The notes beneath the pieces are model-generated. The model did no database searches. It was not told the DNA's origin and saw only the letters and a list, made by a program, of their open reading frames with translations. A DNA stretch of 64,000 nucleotides, from contig OZ244779.1 in assembly GCA_965219575.1 (NCBI GenBank), positions 1,484,769 through 1,548,768 on the forward strand, written 5' to 3'. The stretch is from Candidatus Oxydemutatoraceae bacterium. Lineage in GTDB: Bacteria > Pseudomonadota > Gammaproteobacteria > Poriferisulfidales > Oxydemutatoraceae. Every line of letters begins with the position of its first letter. Position 1 is the first letter of the stretch. The translations under genes and the position numbers were made by a program. This document shows positions 63,064-64,000 of this stretch, piece after piece.

Positions 63064-63764
63064 TCGGTCACACCGCCGAAACGTCTTTGCCTGAGGCTAA
63101 ACCAGTCCAACGCTTTGAGAAACTCTGCGCGACGAAAATCCGGCCATAAAATTTCGCTGAAATATAACTCTGCATAAGCACTTTGCCACAACAAAAAATT
63201 ACTGATGCGAGACTCACCACCGGTGCGAATCATCAGGTCTACATTGCCCACACTATTGCATCTCAGATATTCGCATATTTTGGCTTGTATCGTCGAATGA
63301 TCGGATAACTCCTGGTTTTGACCGTACAGATATTTCACTGCGTTGGCAATATCCCATCGTCCGCCGTAGTTTAATGCGATATTCAGGCGTAACTTATCGA
63401 GTTTTGCGGTTATTTTTTCGGCATGGATTATCTCCTCTACGATGCTTTCGTCGAAGGCCGATATATCTCCTATAAAGCGTACCCGTACTTGGTTTTTTAT
63501 CAAGTCATCCAACTCGGCTGCCAAAGTTTCTTTGAACAACCTCAATAAAGCGTTGACCTCCATCGAAGGCCTAGACCAGTTTTCGCTACTAAAGGTATAA
63601 AGTGTAAGTTCGGGAATTTGATATTCAACTGCGAGTTCTACGACTCTTCTCGTACTTTTAACTCCCATTCGGTGTCCGTAAATTCTGCTTTTCCCGAGAA
63701 GTTTTGCCCACCGCCCGTTACCGTCCATGATAATCGCAATATGCCGAGGCACAGGCTTATCCAT
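63060..63764 (-). CDS. uppS: Undecaprenyl diphosphate synthase
   Basis: HIAIIMDGNGRWA, FSSENW, NYGGR and RTGGESRISNFLLWQ. Confidence 0.98.
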   Translation of the reverse strand: MDKPVPRHIAIIMDGNGRWAKLLGKSRIYGHRMGVKSTRRVVELAVEYQIPELTLYTFSSENWSRPSMEVNALLRLFKETLAAELDDLIKNQVRVRFIGDISAFDESIVEEIIHAEKITAKLDKLRLNIALNYGGRWDIANAVKYLYGQNQELSDHSTIQAKICEYLRCNSVGNVDLMIRTGGESRISNFLLWQSAYAELYFSEILWPDFRRAEFLKALDWFSLRQRRFGGVTD

Positions 63765-63771
63765 TTTAGGT

Positions 63772-64000
63772 CTAAATCTCCATTAATTCTTTTTCCTTCT
63801 GCTCCAGTAAATGGTCTATTTGCTTGACATAATCGGCGGTTAATTTCTCGATGCGAGTATGAAACGCCTGTTCTTCGTCTTGACTGATTTCTTTGGCTTT
63901 GGTCTGCTGTTTTAATTGCTGATTGCTATCGCGACGAATGTTGCGTATCGCAATTTTAGCGGTCTCGCCGTATTGTCTGACGATTTTGTTCAGTTCTTTG
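63772..64000 (-). CDS. frr: Ribosome recycling factor, C-terminal part (5' end outside the window)
   Basis: Manual translation KELNKIVRQYGETAKIAIRNIRRDSN...EQKEKELMEI*; directly upstream of uppS. Confidence 0.95.
   Translation of the reverse strand, partial: KELNKIVRQYGETAKIAIRNIRRDSNQQLKQQTKAKEISQDEEQAFHTRIEKLTADYVKQIDHLLEQKEKELMEI

Overview
This is a gene-dense window from a compact gammaproteobacterial chromosome, made mostly of housekeeping genes: uvrA, ssb, miaB-phoH-ybeY-corC-lnt, leuS-lptE, xseB-ispA-dxs, fab-pabC-mltG-tmk-holB, clpSA, mnmA, ffh and frr-uppS-cdsA-dxr-rseP-bamA-skp-lpxD-fabZ-lpxA. It appears to span the replication terminus. A near-canonical XerCD dif site lies at 35240-35267, with one KOPS motif on each side pointing at it and gene orientation broadly converging on it. 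A small accessory patch flanks dif: a DUF1640-like gene, an IS256 end, a MITE, an orphan ORF and a solitary methyltransferase. Three observations stand out. (1) A stand-alone 16S rRNA gene carries a compensatory G1405A/C1496U change in the decoding (aminoglycoside) site, which also mismatches primers 1392R and 1492R. (2) An Lpp/OprI-like lipoprotein that is about 27% Met, with His/Met repeats and a C-terminal Lys, lies tail-to-tail with an L,D-transpeptidase, suggesting a cell-wall-anchored redox or metal sink. (3) A composite repeat family has GTAG-type REP pairs (REPINs) nested inside a 20-bp-TIR, 4-bp-TSD MITE; one copy separates ffh from its Shine-Dalgarno. All calls are by eye and from recalled family motifs; no searches were run.
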